Assembly (NCBI GenBank): GCA_019828565.1
Contig: JAHDYR010000012.1
Span: 868,001-932,000 of the forward strand
DNA from: Carpediemonas membranifera BICM
Lineage: Eukaryota; Protista; Fornicata
Length of the DNA stretch: 64,000 bases
Direction: 5' to 3'
A model generated the notes under the pieces. It saw nothing but the letters and a program-made list of their open reading frames with translations, did not search any database and was not told the origin of the DNA. Below are positions 35,825 through 48,438 of this stretch, one piece after another. The position numbers were made by a program, and so were the translations under genes. The first letter of the stretch is position 1. Each line of letters starts with the position of its first letter.

Positions 35825-38800
35825 ATGCAGTCTTTTGGCATCACCATCCCGTATTTGCGATCGCTTACGCGTTCTGCCTTCTTCACCTTCCAGGACGACG
35901 TCGATCACTACCAAGTTCAAGCGAGAGCCCTCAATCTCCAACTACCTCCCCTTGCAACCTTCCTTAGCCCATCTGTCACGCGCCTCGTGCGCCTCCGCGT
36001 CCCTATCGACGATATCCCCGACGGCGACCTCTTCGACACTATCGCGACCGAGTTCTTCAAGTTTCATACACAAGTTGAAGCTTACCAGTCTATCCAGCGC
36101 CTCCGCCTGCGCTCCCTCGAGCCGCCGGCCCTCTTAGCCCACATAGACACTTACCATAAGACCCTCGCGCTATGTGATGATAACACTCGCCCCATCGATC
36201 AACAGACGCGGAAGCTCTTCACTGCCTCGCTCCCCTCGGCCCTCAAGACTCGCCTCAAGATCGTTAGCCCCGAGACCTTCGCTGAGGCCTGTGAGGCGGC
36301 CATCACAGAGCTCGATGACATAGTCTCCATCCGCGCGCAGAGCGAATCTTTCCGCGACGAGCCCCGCCTCGACATGCCGCCCCGGCGCCCTCCGCCCATC
36401 AAGGCCAAGGCTGAGCCGACCGCCCCTACCGTCGATCGCCGGCCGAAGTCGGAGCTCATCTGCCACGGTTGTGGCCTCACAGGTCATGTACGGCCCGAGT
36501 GCCCTCACCGGGATCACCCCGGCTTCTTCGCGCATGGCATCCGTCGCCAAGCGCTCAACCTCACTGCTAAGTTGGCCGCCCACACCAACAACAGCAGCCC
36601 TCATGTGAGCCTCCATTTCTCTGACCACGTCCCTCGCACCGCCTTGCTTGATACCGGTGCCAGCCTTAACTTCATCCCTCCAGCGCTTGCCGAGGAGATG
36701 CACCTGCGTCTCTTCGAGGCCCACGTCCCGCTCGAGACGGCCAACGGCACTATTACCGCGGAGTATACGACCCGTCCCGTGACTATCACACTGCAGCTCG
36801 AGCGCCCAGTGGAGGTCACGGCGGAGTTCTTCGTCCTCCCTTCCGCCGGAGAGCTAATCATCGGCGTGCCCACGATACGCGCCGTGGGTTTGTTGCCCGA
36901 CCTGCTCGCCCCGCGCGCCGAGGCAGAGTTCGTTGAGGCCACCCCGGTGCCCCCTGCCTGACGATCGTGCACCAGCCGAGATCGCTCATCCGCTGATCCA
37001 GGACTACCCGGACCTGTTCGCTTCTGAACTGCCTGGTGTCATCGGTGTTGAGCCTTTCCACATTGACCTATCCGACACCGACGTCGCCCCGTTTCCACCG
37101 CGCCGTATGTCGCCCGCCCTAGCTGAGGCCGTCAAGGCAGAGGTAGATGGGCTCCTCGCCAGAGGCATTATCCAACCCTCGACCTCGCCTTTCGCCTCCC
37201 CCGCCTTCACAGTGCCGAAGCGCGGGGGCAAGCGTCGCATGGTAATTGACTACCGGCGCCTGAACGAGAAAACGGTCCCCCTGCAGTACCCGCTAAGCAA
37301 CCCGGCTGAGCTGCATCGTAGGCTCGCCGGCCATAACTACTACACGACGATTGACCTGGTCAGCGGATATCACCAGGTTCCGGTGGACCCGGCCTCCCGT
37401 CCTCTCACGGCATTCGCGACGCCCGCTGGCCTGTTTGAGTTCTGCCGTCTCCCTTTCGGTCTACGTTGTGCCCCTGCCTTTTTCCAACGTATGATGATGT
37501 CTGTGCTCAACGGACTCGTCGGTCGCATCTGTGAGGTATACCTAGACGACGTGATCATCCATGGGGACACCCAGGAAGAGCTGGATCGCAACACGCGCGC
37601 CGTATTCGACCGCCTTCAGCAACACCAGTTCCGTCTGGGTCGTGACAAGTGCCAGTTCGCGAAGACCGAGGTAGAGTACGTGGGACACCTCATCTCGAAG
37701 AAAGGCATCCGCACATCACCGGAGCGCGTCGCTGCTATCGTCGCGATGAAGCCCCCTTCGTCGGTCGCGGCGGTGCGCTCATTCACGGGTATGACTAACT
37801 ACCTGCGGGAATTTATTCCGAACTACGCATCGGTCCTGGCGCCCATCGTCGACCTCACCAAGGCAAAAGTGCCGTTCGTCTGGGGCAAAGCCCAACAGCA
37901 GGTCTTCGAGGAAGTGAAGCGCCTCATCATGCGCCGACCGATCCTCGCGTACCCCGACTACTCCCGGACGCTCATCGTGCGTACCGACGCCTCCACCGCC
38001 GGTTGCGGCGGTGTTCTCCTACAGGAGAAGGACGGTGAGGAACAAGTCATCGCCTACACCTCCCACCGTTTCACTGAGGCCGAGCAACGCTGGAGCACCA
38101 TCGAACAGGAGCTCTTTGGCGTGTTCCATGCCATCATCAGCTTCGAGCATTTCATCCTAGGGCACCCCTTCGTTGTCGAGACGGACCATCGGAATTTGAC
38201 CTATCTTGAGTCCACCACTACGCCTAAGCTCGTCCGCTGGCGCCTTCGCCTCTCCGAATACGACTTCACGGTCCGTCACATCGCCGGAGTCAACAACGAG
38301 GTGGCCGATTGCCTTTCCAGATGCCTGACGATTCGCTCACAGCGCGTGGCATCCCCGGTGGACATTACCCACCAGGTACGGCAGCTTTTTGGCAAGTGCC
38401 ACAACGCCCGTGTTGGACACATGGGCACCCGCATCACGACGGATCGGATCGCCGCCCAGCTACCTTCGTTTGCCCGCAAGGCGATCGAGAAACACGTCAA
38501 GCCCCTAGTCCGTACATGCCCGGTGTGCCAGCTCACGCGACAGCGCGCCAAGGTCAGTGTACACCTCCCTCGCCAGCCCACAATGGCACCGTACCCCATG
38601 CACACCTGGGCCGTGGACTTTATTGGCCCGTTCCCGGAAGAACACGGTTTCCGTCACATCCTAGCCGCCGTTGACTGCTTCTCCCGGTTCGTGGAGCTAG
38701 TTCCCACGCCCGATTGCACCGCGCAGTCAGCGGTCACGGCCATCATGCAACTGGTGGGCCGCTACGGATGCCCGGCACACATTCGCTCTGATCAGGGCCC

Positions 38801-39623
38801 CCACTTTACCGCCCACCTGTTTGCTCAGCTCTCGCGCATCCTGAACATTCAGCACGACTTTACGCTCCCGTACCATCACCAGTATAACGGCATCATCGAG
38901 CGCCGCAACAAGGAAGTGAACCGCCACCTCCGCGCCGCCATGAACGAGCTGACCGATGATTTAGCCGACTGGGTTGCCTGTCTCCCGCTTGTACAGCGCA
39001 CTCTGAACTGCACGCCGTGTGCAGCCACCGGCAACATACCCCCGGCCAACATCATGTTCGGTAACCTCACCGACACGGACCGAGTACTGCTACACAACCC
39101 GGTGGAGGGGGTGGGCGACGTCGCATTGTACTACGACAACCTGCTTGAGGCACAGAGACAGCTTGTCAAGGCCGTGCCAGTTCCTAAGCCACGTCCGGTC
39201 ACCCAGACCACTTTCACTGTCGGCCAAGCTGTTGTGGTCACCAGGCCCGACAATGCCCGTGGCCCCTCTCGTCTGAGCCCCATCTATATGGGCCCCTACA
39301 CCGTAGCCTCCCTCGACGGCACACTCGCCACCCTCACGAATCTTCGAACTCGTGCCGAAGAGACGTATGATCTCCGCCGCCTCGTTCCCTTCCTCGGCGA
39401 CTACACCCCCGACGACCTCACCGCCTTCGCTGCCGCCGGTGAGCAAGAATACACCGTCGAAGACATCATCGACCACCGCTCTGGTCGTACCAAGACCCGT
39501 TTCCGTTTCCGTGTCCGCTGGGCCGGCTACGGTCCCGATGACGACACCTGGCTTCCCTATGCCGAGGTCCGTGACCTCGAAGCCCTCGACCGGTACTTGT
39601 CGAAGACCGGCATTCAGCTGTAA
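35825..39623 (+). CDS. E5 unit 2 Gag-Pol (extra C near 36950)
   Basis: Near-identical to unit 1. Confidence 0.92.
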
Positions 39624-39767
39624 TAGAGAGGGTAGTGTGGTGAGGCGCAGTTTAAGGTTTTGGTTTTTGACCATTTTCACCACTGCGGTTTCCAGGAGTA
39701 AATCAGTTCTCATCCATTAATTGGAAAGTTCCCTTCAAGGCCAAACCAAGCACAGTATCGATACTAC

Positions 39768-42700
39768 ATGCAGTCTTTTGGCATCACCATCCCGTATTTG
39801 CGATCGCTTACGCGTTCTGCCTTCTTCACCTTCCAGGACGACGTCGATCACTACCAAGTTCAAGCGAGAGCCCTCAATCTCCAACTACCTCCCCTTGCAA
39901 CCTTCCTTAGCCCATCTGTCACGCGCCTCGTGCGCCTCCGCGTCCCTATCGACGATATCCCCGACGGCGACCTCTTCGACACTATCGCGACCGAGTTCTT
40001 CAAGTTTCATACACAAGTTGAAGCTTACCAGTCTATCCAGCGCCTCCGCCTGCGCTCCCTCGAGCCGCCGGCCCTCTTAGCCCACATAGACACTTACCAT
40101 AAGACCCTCGCGCTATGTGATGATAACACTCGCCCCATCGATCAACAGACGCGGAAGCTCTTCACTGCCTCGCTCCCCTCGGCCCTCAAGACTCGCCTCA
40201 AGATCGTTAGCCCCGAGACCTTCGCTGAGGCCTGTGAGGCGGCCATCACAGAGCTCGATGACATAGTCTCCATCCGCGCGCAGAGCGAATCTTTCCGCGA
40301 CGAGCCCCGCCTCGACATGCCGCCCCGGCGCCCTCCGCCCATCAAGGCCAAGGCTGAGCCGACCGCCCCTACCGTCGATCGCCGGCCGAAGTCGGAGCTC
40401 ATCTGCCACGGTTGTGGCCTCACAGGTCATGTACGGCCCGAGTGCCCTCACCGGGATCACCCCGGCTTCTTCGCGCATGGCATCCGTCGCCAAGCGCTCA
40501 ACCTCACTGCTAAGTTGGCCGCCCACACCAACAACAGCAGCCCTCATGTGAGCCTCCATTTCTCTGACCACGTCCCTCGCACCGCCTTGCTTGATACCGG
40601 TGCCAGCCTTAACTTCATCCCTCCAGCGCTTGCCGAGGAGATGCACCTGCGTCTCTTCGAGGCCCACGTCCCGCTCGAGACGGCCAACGGCACTATTACC
40701 GCGGAGTATACGACCCGTCCCGTGACTATCACACTGCAGCTCGAGCGCCCAGTGGAGGTCACGGCGGAGTTCTTCGTCCTCCCTTCCGCCGGAGAGCTAA
40801 TCATCGGCGTGCCCACGATACGCGCCGTGGGTTTGTTGCCCGACCTGCTCGCCCCGCGCGCCGAGGCAGAGTTCGTTGAGGCCACCCCGGTGCCCCCTGC
40901 CTGACGATCGTGCACCAGCCGAGATCGCTCATCCGCTGATCCAGGACTACCCGGACCTGTTCGCTTCTGAACTGCCTGGTGTCATCGGTGTTGAGCCTTT
41001 CCACATTGACCTATCCGACACCGACGTCGCCCCGTTTCCACCGCGCCGTATGTCGCCCGCCCTAGCTGAGGCCGTCAAGGCAGAGGTAGATGGGCTCCTC
41101 GCCAGAGGCATTATCCAACCCTCGACCTCGCCTTTCGCCTCCCCCGCCTTCACAGTGCCGAAGCGCGGGGGCAAGCGTCGCATGGTAATTGACTACCGGC
41201 GCCTGAACGAGAAAACGGTCCCCCTGCAGTACCCGCTAAGCAACCCGGCTGAGCTGCATCGTAGGCTCGCCGGCCATAACTACTACACGACGATTGACCT
41301 GGTCAGCGGATATCACCAGGTTCCGGTGGACCCGGCCTCCCGTCCTCTCACGGCATTCGCGACGCCCGCTGGCCTGTTTGAGTTCTGCCGTCTCCCTTTC
41401 GGTCTACGTTGTGCCCCTGCCTTTTTCCAACGTATGATGATGTCTGTGCTCAACGGACTCGTCGGTCGCATCTGTGAGGTATACCTAGACGACGTGATCA
41501 TCCATGGGGACACCCAGGAAGAGCTGGATCGCAACACGCGCGCCGTATTCGACCGCCTTCAGCAACACCAGTTCCGTCTGGGTCGTGACAAGTGCCAGTT
41601 CGCGAAGACCGAGGTAGAGTACGTGGGACACCTCATCTCGAAGAAAGGCATCCGCACATCACCGGAGCGCGTCGCTGCTATCGTCGCGATGAAGCCCCCT
41701 TCGTCGGTCGCGGCGGTGCGCTCATTCACGGGTATGACTAACTACCTGCGGGAATTTATTCCGAACTACGCATCGGTCCTGGCGCCCATCGTCGACCTCA
41801 CCAAGGCAAAAGTGCCGTTCGTCTGGGGCAAAGCCCAACAGCAGGCCTTCGAGGAAGTGAAGCGCCTCATCATGCGCCGACCGATCCTCGCGTACCCCGA
41901 CTACTCCCGGACGCTCATCGTGCGTACCGACGCCTCCACCGCCGGTTGCGGCGGTGTTCTCCTACAGGAGAAGGACGGTGAGGAACAAGTCATCGCCTAC
42001 ACCTCCCACCGTTTCACTGAGGCCGAGCAACGCTGGAGCACCATCGAACAGGAGCTCTTTGGCGTGTTCCATGCCATCATCAGCTTCGAGCATTTCATCC
42101 TAGGGCACCCCTTCGTTGTCGAGACGGACCATCGGAATTTGACCTATCTTGAGTCCACCACTACGCCTAAGCTCGTCCGCTGGCGCCTTCGCCTCTCCGA
42201 ATACGACTTCACGGTCCGTCACATCGCCGGAGTCAACAACGAGGTGGCCGATTGCCTTTCCAGATGCCTGACGATTCGCTCACAGCGCGTGGCATCCCCG
42301 GTGGACATTACCCACCAGGTACGGCAGCTTTTTGGCAAGTGCCACAACGCCCGTGTTGGACACATGGGCACCCGCATCACGACGGATCGGATCGCCGCCC
42401 AGCTACCTTCGTTTGCCCGCAAGGCGATCGAGAAACACGTCAAGCCCCTAGTCCGTACATGCCCGGTGTGCCAGCTCACGCGACAGCGCGCCAAGGTCAG
42501 TGTACACCTCCCTCGCCAGCCCACAATGGCACCGTACCCCATGCACACCTGGGCCGTGGACTTTATTGGCCCGTTCCCGGAAGAACACGGTTTCCGTCAC
42601 ATCCTAGCCGCCGTTGACTGCTTCTCCCGGTTCGTGGAGCTAGTTCCCACGCCCGATTGCACCGCGCAGTCAGCGGTCACGGCCATCATGCAACTGGTGG

Positions 42701-43566
42701 GCCGCTACGGATGCCCGGCACACATTCGCTCTGATCAGGGCCCCCACTTTACCGCCCACCTGTTTGCTCAGCTCTCGCGCATCCTGAACATTCAGCACGA
42801 CTTTACGCTCCCGTACCATCACCAGTATAACGGCATCATCGAGCGCCGCAACAAGGAAGTGAACCGCCACCTCCGCGCCGCCATGAACGAGCTGACCGAT
42901 GATTTAGCCGACTGGGTTGCCTGTCTCCCGCTTGTACAGCGCACTCTGAACTGCACGCCGTGTGCAGCCACCGGCAACATACCCCCGGCCAACATCATGT
43001 TCGGTAACCTCACCGACACGGACCGAGTACTGCTACACAACCCGGTGGAGGGGGTGGGCGACGTCGCATTGTACTACGACAACCTGCTTGAGGCACAGAG
43101 ACAGCTTGTCAAGGCCGTGCCAGTTCCTAAGCCACGTCCGGTCACCCAGACCACTTTCACTGTCGGCCAAGCTGTTGTGGTCACCAGGCCCGACAATGCC
43201 CGTGGCCCCTCTCGTCTGAGCCCCATCTATATGGGCCCCTACACCGTAGCCTCCCTCGACGGCACACTCGCCACCCTCACGAATCTTCGAACTCGTGCCG
43301 AAGAGACGTATGATCTCCGCCGCCTCGTTCCCTTCCTCGGCGACTACACCCCCGACGACCTCACCGCCTTCGCTGCCGCCGGTGAGCAAGAATACACCGT
43401 CGAAGACATCATCGACCACCGCTCTGGTCGTACCAAGACCCGTTTCCGTTTCCGTGTCCGCTGGGCCGGCTACGGTCCCGATGACGACACCTGGCTTCCC
43501 TATGCCGAGGTCCGTGACCTCGAAGCCCTCGACCGGTACTTGTCGAAGACCGGCATTCAGCTGTAA
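39768..43566 (+). CDS. E5 unit 3 Gag-Pol (extra C near 40895)
   Basis: Near-identical to units 1 and 2. Confidence 0.92.
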
Positions 43567-43753
43567 TAGAGAGGGTAGTGTGGTGAGGCGCAGTTTAAGG
43601 TTTTGGTTTTTGACCATTTTCACCACTGCGGTTTCCAGGAGTAAATCAGTTCTCATCCATTAATTGGAAAGTTCCCTTCAAGGCCAAACCAAGCACAGTA
43701 TCGATACTACATGCAGTCTTTTGGCATCACCATCCCGTATTTGCGATCGCTTA

Positions 43754-45252
43754 CGAACGAAGCCGGAGGAACGAACGGAGCCCCCCCGTCTTCAATTCCG
43801 GGGGGCAGAGGGAGGCGCAGCCGACCGTGGCCCCGTTAGTCGGTGTTGAAATGAAAACGCAGTTTATGTCAATCGAAGTTTCGATTTTTTCGGAATGGTA
43901 TTTAATATGCAAGTAAAAAAATCGAAACTTGCAGTTTATGTCAATGCCGAGTTCAGTCAAACTTCAAACGATTCTTGGCGTGGAAGGTGCTACGCTTGCT
44001 TCTCTTAGCGTTGTGTTGTCCTCTCATGCTCTTCGGTGTCTCCTCCTCGCTGTCGGAGTACGTGATGAGGGTCTTGGATGACCTTGGGTGACTCATCGTT
44101 CGACGTGGTGTAGCTTCTCTGAGAGGTGATGGGGATGGGGCTGCTCTCGTAGAGCGCTGCGGGAGGATACGGCGTGGTGGTGTCGTCCGCAGACGCTTCG
44201 GGGGCACGTAGCCTTGCGACGACGGTGAGGCAGAGGGCGAGCTGATTGATATGCTCTCGATGTCGTGCACAAGAGGAGACGTGGGCCGAGGGGCGGGTGC
44301 CTGCTTGGCCCGAGCTTGACGTCTCATGGCTATGCGTTGGCGGGTAACGTGTGCAGGCGGCGGCGGCTCGTCCTCGTCTGTGATCTCGATGGGGTTGAGT
44401 GCAGTCTCTCTGGCGGCTGCTGAGTGGTCGACGTGCTCGCGCTGGTGTTCAATCCCGTCTTCGGGGAAGACGCACATGAAGTGTACACCTTCGTGGTGGC
44501 GGATGCCGGTGGCGAGAATTGTATTGTCGTCGTTGACGACGTCCTGGCAGATGGAAACACGACGGTCGGGGTCATCGTCCGCTGGCTTGATGGTGTACTC
44601 GATTGTCCTGTCGTTCTGGTACAGAATCAGAGAGTCATTCTTGATGCCGCACTCGTGACAGTAGAATGCCCACACGGTGGGGATGTTCAGGAACGTTCCG
44701 TCGAAAGTGATTCTGTGAACAGCCTCAGGGTTAAGGCCGAGGTGTATGAGAGAGTGTGTCTCTCTGTAGTCAGTGCAGTACTGCCTGAAGCGCTGCCTGA
44801 AGACCTTGACACACCCGTCCACGTCGTCTCCGTGGCCCAGGGACATAAAGTAGTCGTAGAACGCCTTGGTGCGCATCGCTAGAGCGAAGATTGCGCAGTC
44901 ACCGCCGCCGTCGTTGTCGTAGATGCGAGCGTTGCTGTATGTCGGTGACATAGTCTTCCTGGGGTTGAGTAGCGGGCATCTGCGGGCCATCTCATCCTCT
45001 GACTGCGTTGGAGGCTCGACTACCGAAATGGTGGGCGTGGGCGGCTCTGTTCTCTCGCGAGACTTGCGGCGGCGTTGGACAGTGAGGGCGTAAGTCGCGT
45101 CTCCCTTGCTGTAGTCAGGTGTAGGCGGAGACTCTGGTGTGCCCAGGTCAAAGACGACCGCAGGCTTGTGCTTGCGCTTCTCCTTCCGCTTGACCTTGCG
45201 CTTGGTCGTGGTCTTGGGCTGGGCAGGCTTGTGGGCGGCTGGAGGATGCTCT
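43754..45252 (-). mobile_element. Helitron-like copy C fragment (3' part of the OTU-like gene)
   Basis: Matches copy D from about 30706 and copy B 46430-47927; truncated at both ends. Confidence 0.85.
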
Positions 45253-46627
45253 GTAAGTTATGGTAAGGTATTGCGGATTTTGGGGGGTCCCGGTACGGGA
45301 CCCCTGGGCCCCTGCCAGGGAAGGCGACACATGCAGCGTGTAGCCTACCCCAGGGGTCCTTCGAACATGCATTGAAATCTGGGACAACGCAAATATTTTA
45401 TACTAAATTTTCACGCTCAAAAACGGGACCTCAAAATTGGACTTTGAGGTCAGAGCACACGCTACAGACGGCGTTCAGGGCTGCAGATTACTTCTCTGGA
45501 TAGCTGTGCGTGACAGCTCGGAGGCGCTACATAAGCTCCATTCAACTCCGTCGTCTTTACATTGAATTATGCATAAATAGTTGTACGACAAAAATGGCGA
45601 TTCCTAACAATTTGTGCAGTACAGCACGAGGCCTGAGGCTTCATGGCTGCTGGATTTGGTGGACTTAAGGGTCTCTGGCGGTATGATTGAGTCGCGAAAT
45701 CCACCCGAATCTAGAGAACTGCCCGAATTTTTGACCTTTGGCCTTAAAAGTTTGGAGTTGGGATAAGCCAATGCACAGTTGTGTTGGGTTCCTTTCGGTG
45801 TATACGGGATTTGTCAGAACGCCCCTGAACGATGGCTCAAAAAAAGTTATGGCCACGTCTTATATCGACTCGTCCGCAGTCACAAAATGTTCTCTACCGG
45901 CACTCGAACTCGCACCTCGTGGACCACATGGGTCACAGTTGACACCCGGGAGTGTCGGGTCGTGCTGCCTGATCCGATTCGATCGGATTCGATGGGCGCG
46001 CAAATTTCAAGGATCGTCTCGATCCTCTTCAGAAGAACGAGAATGGCTGATCCGGCCGAAGAAAACGAGCCGGGAGCGAGAACCCGCAGGCGATGCCTGT
46101 TCAGCGCGCAGGAGCGACGCTGTGAGAAACTTCAGCATTGGAATAAATTTCTCACCCCCCCTCTGGGTTGGTGATTATATGTTAGTTGGCCATGTTATAT
46201 GGCATGCGTGGTTGGCAAATGATACTAACCACTGAGCAATATTCAATTCTCGGCCGGGTCATTCGTGTTGGTATGCGTGGCAAACAGCATACGTCGCAGG
46301 TGAATGTAGGTCCAGGGGCGGAGTCCGCGGGGGGTCGCAGGGGGCAGAGAGAGTGACGGAGGCGTAGAGAGGTGTAGCGTAGCGGAGGGCGGGAGGAGCG
46401 TAGCGACGAGCGCCCGGAGCGGAGCGAAGCCGAACGAAGCCGGAGGAACGAACGGAGCCCCCGTCTTCAATTCCGGGGGGCAGAGGGAGGCGCAGCCGAC
46501 CGTGGCCCCGTTAGTCGGTGTTGAAATGAAAACGCAGTTTATGTCAATCGAAGTTTCGATTTTTTCGGAATGGTATTTAATATGCAAGTAAAAAAATCGA
46601 AACTTGCAGTTTATGTCAATGCCGAGT

Positions 46628-48373
46628 TCAGTCAAACTTCAAACGATTCTTGGCGTGGAAGGTGCTACGCTTGCTTCTCTTAGCGTTGTGTTGTCCTCTC
46701 ATGCTCTTCGGTGTCTCCTCCTCGCTGTCGGAGTACGTGATGAGGGTCTTGGATGACCTTGGGTGACTCATCGTTCGACGTGGTGTAGCTTCTCTGAGAG
46801 GTGATGGGGATTGGGCTGCTCTCGTAGAGCGCTGCGGGAGGATACGGCGTGGTGGTGTCGTCCGCAGACGCTTCGGGGGCACGTAGCCTTGCGACGACGG
46901 TGAGGCAGAGGGCGAGCTGATTGATATGCTCTCGATGTCGTGCACAAGAGGAGACGTGGGCCGAGGGGCGGGTGCCTGCTTGGCCCGAGCTTGACGTCTC
47001 ATGGCTATGCGTTGGCGGGTAACGTGTGCAGGCGGCGGCGGCTCGTCCTCGTCTGTGATCTCGATGGGGTTGAGTGCAGTCTCTCTGGCGGCTGCTGAGT
47101 GGTCGACGTGCTCGCGCTGGTGTTCAATCCCGTCTTCGGGGAAGACGCACATGAAGTGTACACCTTCGTGGTGGCGGATGCCGGTGGCGAGAATTGTATT
47201 GTCGTCGTTGACGACGTCCTGGCAGATGGAAACACGACGGTCGGGGTCATCGTCCGCTGGCTTGATGGTGTACTCGATTGTCCTGTCGTTCTGGTACAGA
47301 ATCAGAGAGTCATTCTTGATGCCGCACTCGTGACAGTAGAATGCCCACACGGTGGGGATGTTCAGGAACGTTCCGTCGAAAGTGATTCTGTGAACAGCCT
47401 CAGGGTTAAGGCCGAGGTGTATGAGAGAGTGTGTCTCTCTGTAGTCAGTGCAGTACTGCCTGAAGCGCTGCCTGAAGACCTTGACACACCCGTCCACGTC
47501 GTCTCCGTGGCCCAGGGACATAAAGTAGTCGTAGAACGCCTTGGTGCGCATCGCTAGAGCGAAGATTGCGCAGTCACCGCCGCCGTCGTTGTCGTAGATG
47601 CGAGCGTTGCTGTATGTCGGTGACATAGTCTTCCTGGGGTTGAGTAGCGGGCATCTGCGGGCCATCTCATCCTCTGACTGCGTTGGAGGCTCGACTACCG
47701 AAATGGTGGGCGTGGGCGGCTCTGTTCTCTCGCGAGACTTGCGGCGGCGTTGGACAGTGAGGGCGTATGTCGCGTCTCCCTTGCTGTAGTCAGGTGTAGG
47801 CGGAGACTCTGGTGTGCCCAGGTCAAAGACGACCGCAGGCTTGTGCTTGCGCTTCTCCTTCCGCTTGACCTTGCGCTTGGTCGTGGTCTTGGGCTGGGCA
47901 GGCTTGTGGGCGGCTGGAGGATGCTCTTGGGCGCGGCGTGCTTCTTCGATGCGGGCGAGAATAGTCTGGATTGCCTCGTTGGCGTCCTCGGCCTCTGCTG
48001 TGTCGAGGAGTTCTTTCGCCGTGTCGGTGTCGTTGCTGATGATCGATATGACTGTGCCAGGGTCTTTGCTTGACGCCACCTGCACCCATTGGTCGATGAC
48101 GGTAGTCTCCTCCGCGCTGATGATGCCTGCTGCGGCGAGCTCGTGCACCTCGTTCTGCTTCTCGATGCGGTAGAAGTTGTCGCGACGGAAGCGCTGTACG
48201 AGGCTCCGCTGGACGCGGGTGAGGTTCAGCTTGTGTAGTGAGCGGTACGTGGCGTTGAGAGGCTCGAACCCAATGGCAGCGACGTTGTCTTCGCACTCAT
48301 AGTCGGTCAGCGCCTCGAGTTCGACGTCTGATTCGAGCTCTGCGTCGCTGAAGGCCGTGTCTATGTGTCTCAC
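46628..48373 (-). CDS. OTU-like cysteine protease (deubiquitinase-like) carried by the Helitron-like element
   Basis: IYDNDGGGDCAIFALA resembles the OTU D.GxC motif, distal GVHFMCV His motif; basic low-complexity flanks; start codon uncertain (GTG). Confidence 0.7.
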   Translation of the reverse strand: MRHIDTAFSDAELESDVELEALTDYECEDNVAAIGFEPLNATYRSLHKLNLTRVQRSLVQRFRRDNFYRIEKQNEVHELAAAGIISAEETTVIDQWVQVASSKDPGTVISIISNDTDTAKELLDTAEAEDANEAIQTILARIEEARRAQEHPPAAHKPAQPKTTTKRKVKRKEKRKHKPAVVFDLGTPESPPTPDYSKGDATYALTVQRRRKSRERTEPPTPTISVVEPPTQSEDEMARRCPLLNPRKTMSPTYSNARIYDNDGGGDCAIFALAMRTKAFYDYFMSLGHGDDVDGCVKVFRQRFRQYCTDYRETHSLIHLGLNPEAVHRITFDGTFLNIPTVWAFYCHECGIKNDSLILYQNDRTIEYTIKPADDDPDRRVSICQDVVNDDNTILATGIRHHEGVHFMCVFPEDGIEHQREHVDHSAAARETALNPIEITDEDEPPPPAHVTRQRIAMRRQARAKQAPAPRPTSPLVHDIESISISSPSASPSSQGYVPPKRLRTTPPRRILPQRSTRAAQSPSPLREATPRRTMSHPRSSKTLITYSDSEEETPKSMRGQHNAKRSKRSTFHAKNRLKFD

Positions 48374-48438
48374 TCTGGGCTTGCTCTTCGCGCCGGGCTT
48401 GCGGGGGTTACGCTTGGTTTGCTTGCGCTTAGTCTTCT

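Larger units (their letters stand above)
31749..43755 (+). mobile_element. Gypsy chromovirus E5: tandem array of three about 3943-bp units sharing LTRs, plus the start of a fourth
   Basis: LTRs begin TGTGGTGAGG at 31749, 35692, 39636 and 43579, each internal one preceded by PPT AGAGAGGGTAG; LTR about 77 bp (end inferred); right end truncated with no TSD. Confidence 0.93.
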
